From Macrostomum lignano (lineage: Eukaryota): 38,638 nt of DNA. This document shows positions 34,201-38,638 of the stretch, in pieces. A program made the translations under genes and the position numbers. Location: assembly GCA_002269645.1 (NCBI GenBank), contig NIVC01004666.1, forward strand, positions 1-38,638, read 5' to 3'. Within the stretch, counting starts at the first letter, position 1. Each line of letters begins with the position of its first letter. The notes under the pieces are model-generated. The model ran no database searches. It was not told the DNA's origin and saw only the letters and a program-made list of their open reading frames with translations.

Positions 34201-37200
34201 TACATGACGCTTCTATGATTTTTTACATGACGCTTTTATGCTTTTTTTACATGACGCTTCTATGATTTTTTCATGACGCTTCTGTGATTGTTTATATGAC
34301 GCTTCTATGCTTTTTATATGACGCTTCTATGATTGTTTACATGACGCTTCTATGCTTTTTATATGACGATTCTATGATTTTTACATGACGCTTCTATGAT
34401 TGTTTACGTGACGTTTCTATGATTTTTTCATGACGCTCCTATGTTTTTTTCATGACGCTTCTATGATTTTTTCATGACGCTTCTATGATTTTTACATGAC
34501 GCTACTATGATTTTTACATGACGCTTCCATGATTTTTTACATGACGCTTCTATGCTTTTTACATGACGCTTCTATGATTATTTCATGACGCTTCTACGAT
34601 ATCTGCAGGACGCTTCTATGATTGTTTACATGACGCTTCTATGATTTTTACATGACGCTTCTATGATTTTTTCATGACGCTCCTATGTTTTTTTCATGAC
34701 GCTTCTATGATTTTTTCATGACGCTTCTATGATTTTTTACATGACGCTTCTATGATTTTTTACATGACGCTTCCATGATTTTTTACATGACACTTCTATG
34801 ATTTTTTTATGACGCTTCTATGATTTTTACATGACGCTTCCATGATTTTTTACATGACACTTCTATGATTTTTTGCATGACGCTTCCCTGATTTTTTACA
34901 TGACGCTTCTATGATTTTTTACATGACGCTTCTATGATTGTTTACATGACGCTTCTATGATTTTTTACATGACGCTTCTATGATTGTTTACATGACGCTT
35001 CTATGATTTTTTACATGACGCTTCTATGATATTTTCATGACGCTTCTATGATTTTTTACATGACGCTTCTATGATACTTTCATGACGCTTCCACGATTTT
35101 TTACATGACGCTTCTATGATTTTTACATGATGCTTCTACGATTTCTGCAGGACGCTTCTATGATTTTTTACATGACGCTTCTATGATTTTTTACATGACG
35201 CTTCTATGATTTTTACATGATGCTTCTACGATTTCTGCAGGACGCTTCTATGATTTTTTCATGACGCTCCTATGATTTTTTCATGACGCTTCCATGATTT
35301 TTTACATGACGCTTCTATGATTGTTTACATGAAGCTTCTATGATTGTTTACATGACGCTTCTATGATTTTTTACATGACGCTTCTATGATTGTTTACATG
35401 ACGCTTCTATGATTGTTTACATGACGCTTCTATGGTTTCTTTATGACGCTTCTATGATTGTTTACATGACGCTTCTATGATTGTTTACATGACGCTTCTT
35501 TGATTTTTACATGACGCTTCTATGCTTGTTTACATGACGCTTCTTTGATTTTTTTACATGACGCTTTTATGATTGTTTACATGACGCTTCTATGATTGTT
35601 TACATGACGCTTCTTTGATTTTTACATGACGCTTCTATGCTTGTTTACATGACGCTTCTTTGATTTTTTTACATGACGCTTCTATGATTTTTACATGACG
35701 CTTCTATGATTGTTTACATGACGCTTCTATGATTTTTTACATGACGCTTTTATGCTTTTTTTACATGACGCTTCTATGATTTTTTCATGACGCTTCTATG
35801 ATTGTTTACATGACGCTTTTATGCTTTTTTTACATGACGCTTCTATGATTGTTTACATGACGCTTCTATGATTGTTTACATGACGCTTCTATGATTTTTT
35901 ACATGACGCTTCTATGATTTTTACATGACGCTTCTATGATTTTTACATGACGCTTCTATGATTTTTTCATGACGCTTCTATGATTTTTACATGACGCTTC
36001 TATGATTGTTTACATGACGCTTCTATGATTTTTACATGACGCTTCTATGATTTTTACATGACGCTTCTATGATTTTTACATGACGCTTTTATGATTTTTT
36101 ACATGACGCTTCTACGATTTTGGCAGGACGATTCTATGATTTTACATGACGCTTCTATGATTTTTTACATGACGCTTCTATGATTGTTTCATGACGCTTC
36201 TATGATTTTTACATGATGCTTCTACGATTTCTGCAGGACGCTTCTATGATTTTTACATGACGCTTCCATGATTTTTTACATGACACTTCTATGATTTTTT
36301 GCATGACGCTTCCATGATTTTTTCATGACGCTTCTGTGATTGTTTATATGACGCTTCTATGCTTTTTATATGACGCTTCTATGATTGTTTACATGACGCT
36401 TCTATGCTTTTTATATGACGATTCTATGATTTTTACATGACGCTTCTATGATTGTTTACGTGACGTTTCTATGATTTTTTCATGACGCTCCTATGTTTTT
36501 TTCATGACGCTTCTATGATTTTTTCATGACGCTTCTATGATTTTTACATGACGCTACTATGATTTTTACATGACGCTTCCATGATTTTTTACATGACGCT
36601 TCTATGCTTTTTACATGACGCTTCTATGATTATTTCATGACGCTTCTACGATATCTGCAGGACGCTTCTATGATTGTTTACATGACGCTTCTATGATTTT
36701 TACATGACGCTTCTATGATTTTTACATGACGCTTTTATGATTTTTTACATGACGCTTCTACGATTTTGGCAGGACGATTCTATGATTTTACATGACGCTT
36801 CTATGATTTTTTACATGACGCTTCTATGATTGTTTCATGACGCTTCTATGATTTTTACATGATGCTTCTACGATTTCTGCAGGACGCTTCTATGATTTTT
36901 ACATGACGCTTCCATGATTTTTTACATGACACTTCTATGATTTTTTGCATGACGCTTCCATGATTTTTTCATGACGCTTCTGTGATTGTTTATATGACGC
37001 TTCTATGCTTTTTATATGACGCTTCTATGATTGTTTACATGACGCTTCTATGCTTTTTATATGACGATTCTATGATTTTTACATGACGCTTCTATGATTG
37101 TTTACGTGACGTTTCTATGATTTTTTCATGACGCTCCTATGTTTTTTTCATGACGCTTCTATGATTTTTCATGACGCTTCTATGATTTTTACATGACGCT

Positions 37201-38020
37201 ACTATGATTTTTACATGACGCTTCCATGATTTTTTACATGACGCTTCTATGCTTTTTACATGACGCTTCTATGATTATTTCATGACGCTTCTACGATATC
37301 TGCAGGACGCTTCTATGATTGTTTACATGACGCTTCTATGATTTTTACATGACGCTTCTATGATTTTTTCATGACGCTCCTATGTTTTTTTCATGACGCT
37401 TCTATGATTTTTTCATGACGCTTCTATGATTTTTTACATGACGCTTCTATGATTTTTTACATGACGCTTCCATGATTTTTTACATGACACTTCTATGATT
37501 TTTTCATGACGCTTCTATGATTTTTACATGACGCTTCCATGATTTTTTACATGACACTTCTATGATTTTTTGCATGACGCTTCCCTGATTTTTTACATGA
37601 CGCTTCTATGATTTTTTACATGACGCTTCTATGATTGTTTACATGACGCTTCTATGATTTTTTACATGACGCTTCTATGATTGTTTACATGACGCTTCTA
37701 TGATTTTTTACATGACGCTTCTATGATATTTTCATGACGCTTCTATGATTTTTTACATGACGCTTCTATGATACTTTCATGACGCTTCCACGATTTTTTA
37801 CATGACGCTTCTATGATTTTTACATGATGCTTCTACGATTTCTGCAGGACGCTTCTATGATTTTTTACATGACGCTTCTATGATTTTTACATGATGCTTC
37901 TACGATTTCTGCAGGACGCTTCTATGATTTTTTCATGACGCTCCTATGATTTTTTCATGACGCTTCCATGATTTTTTACATGACGCTTCTATGATTTTTT
38001 ACATGACGCTTCTATGATTT
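31300..38020. repeat. 22-23-bp minisatellite C (CATGACGCTTCTATGATTTTTA), about 300 units, with block duplications
   Basis: Tandem units; rare variant units recur at offsets of ~1514 and ~646. Confidence 0.97.
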
Positions 38021-38073
38021 TTTAGTTTTCTTCTTGGTGTTAAAAAGCTTTAATTAAAAAAATTCCACTCTCT

Positions 38074-38135
38074 CAAAATTTGAACCATCGTCCCTGCATT
38101 TAGCAGTCAGTCTGTTTACCTCTAGGCTAGCTCTC
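38074..38135 (-). pseudogene. Degenerate tRNA-derived unit in El8
   Basis: Minus strand TAGCCTAGAGG...GACTGCTAAATG...GGTTCAAATT, followed by T7. Confidence 0.45.
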
Positions 38136-38638
38136 ATCGTTTTGATAACATGAATTTTAGCACTTATAATTATAAGTTTCAAAACTCCAAGCATGGAGTA
38201 AATCACACGAGGCAGTTATGACATAATCAATTTCTCAGTCAGTCAGTATCAGTTAACAATATGGTTACGCAATTTAAATCAAGTCTGGTGCTACGCTTCC
38301 ACACTGCATTTTCAATTCAAGTCAGAGTTACAATTCAGTTATGATGCAATCTATTTCAGAATCAGAATTCAACCAGTCAGTTTTTTTCTCTAGCATTCTT
38401 ACAATGCATTTCAAGTCGAAAAGTTTGCTTGACCTTTTGCAAAAAAGCATGTTTTTCGAATATTTAATCGCTTTAAACATGGAGCAATTTCTTAGCCAAG
38501 ATGCATGTACCGTCACGGGAAAATTTCTGATCAAAACAGTGCAAGTCTCATGAAAATCGGTTAAGCCATTTTTTCTTAATCGATTACAAGCAAGCAAAGA
38601 TTTTCATTTTTAGTATAAACGAGGCCAACTCCTCCTTC

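Larger units (their letters stand above)
29766..38622 (-). mobile_element. Non-autonomous Helitron El8 (~8.9 kb) carrying satellite C and telomere-like repeats
   Basis: 3' end hairpin plus CTAG at 29766. Diverged core at 38210-38622 with 5' TCGTTTATACTAAAAATG. The flanking base is C rather than A, so the exact 5' end is less certain. Confidence 0.75.

Noticed and set aside
1-38020. CRISPR-like appearance of the 18-24-bp repeat arrays
   Set aside because: Units are directly adjacent with no unique spacers, there are no cas genes, and the context is eukaryotic with spliceosomal introns.
8936-38597. Recurrent 60-90 aa ORFs in the core (MHFRSKELLDLCKKACFSNI, MQSLSQSEFSQSV and similar)
   Set aside because: They recur only because the core is repeated; starts, stops and frames differ between copies.
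1-38638. Assignment of a host species
   Set aside because: TTAGGG-like repeats and short introns fit many invertebrates; the sequence alone cannot identify the host.

Overview
Eukaryotic, probably invertebrate, DNA made almost entirely of canonical Helitron1-type rolling-circle transposons, all on the minus strand (5'-TC ... GC hairpin-CTAG-3'). The left end holds an autonomous-type element with a hand-spliced 9-exon RepHel gene (about 1729 aa: STPR-like 23-aa repeats, OTU protease, Cys cluster, HUH Rep, Pif1 helicase). This gene carries two apparent point lesions: a TGA in the OTU motif and a GT>GG splice donor. It is followed by a train of non-autonomous relatives sharing a ~400-bp 5' core and, in six elements, a tRNA-derived Pol III-like unit. 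They carry different minisatellite arrays (18, 23, 24, 41 and 22-23 bp units) and are joined by five exact CTAG|TC head-to-tail junctions, including junctions between non-identical elements. A ~2-kb unique island (19895-21850) holds a candidate 2-exon plus-strand gene for a CCHC zinc-knuckle/poly-Q protein. Most ORFs in the supplied track are spurious products of the satellites. All coordinates and alignments were read by eye; no searches were run.
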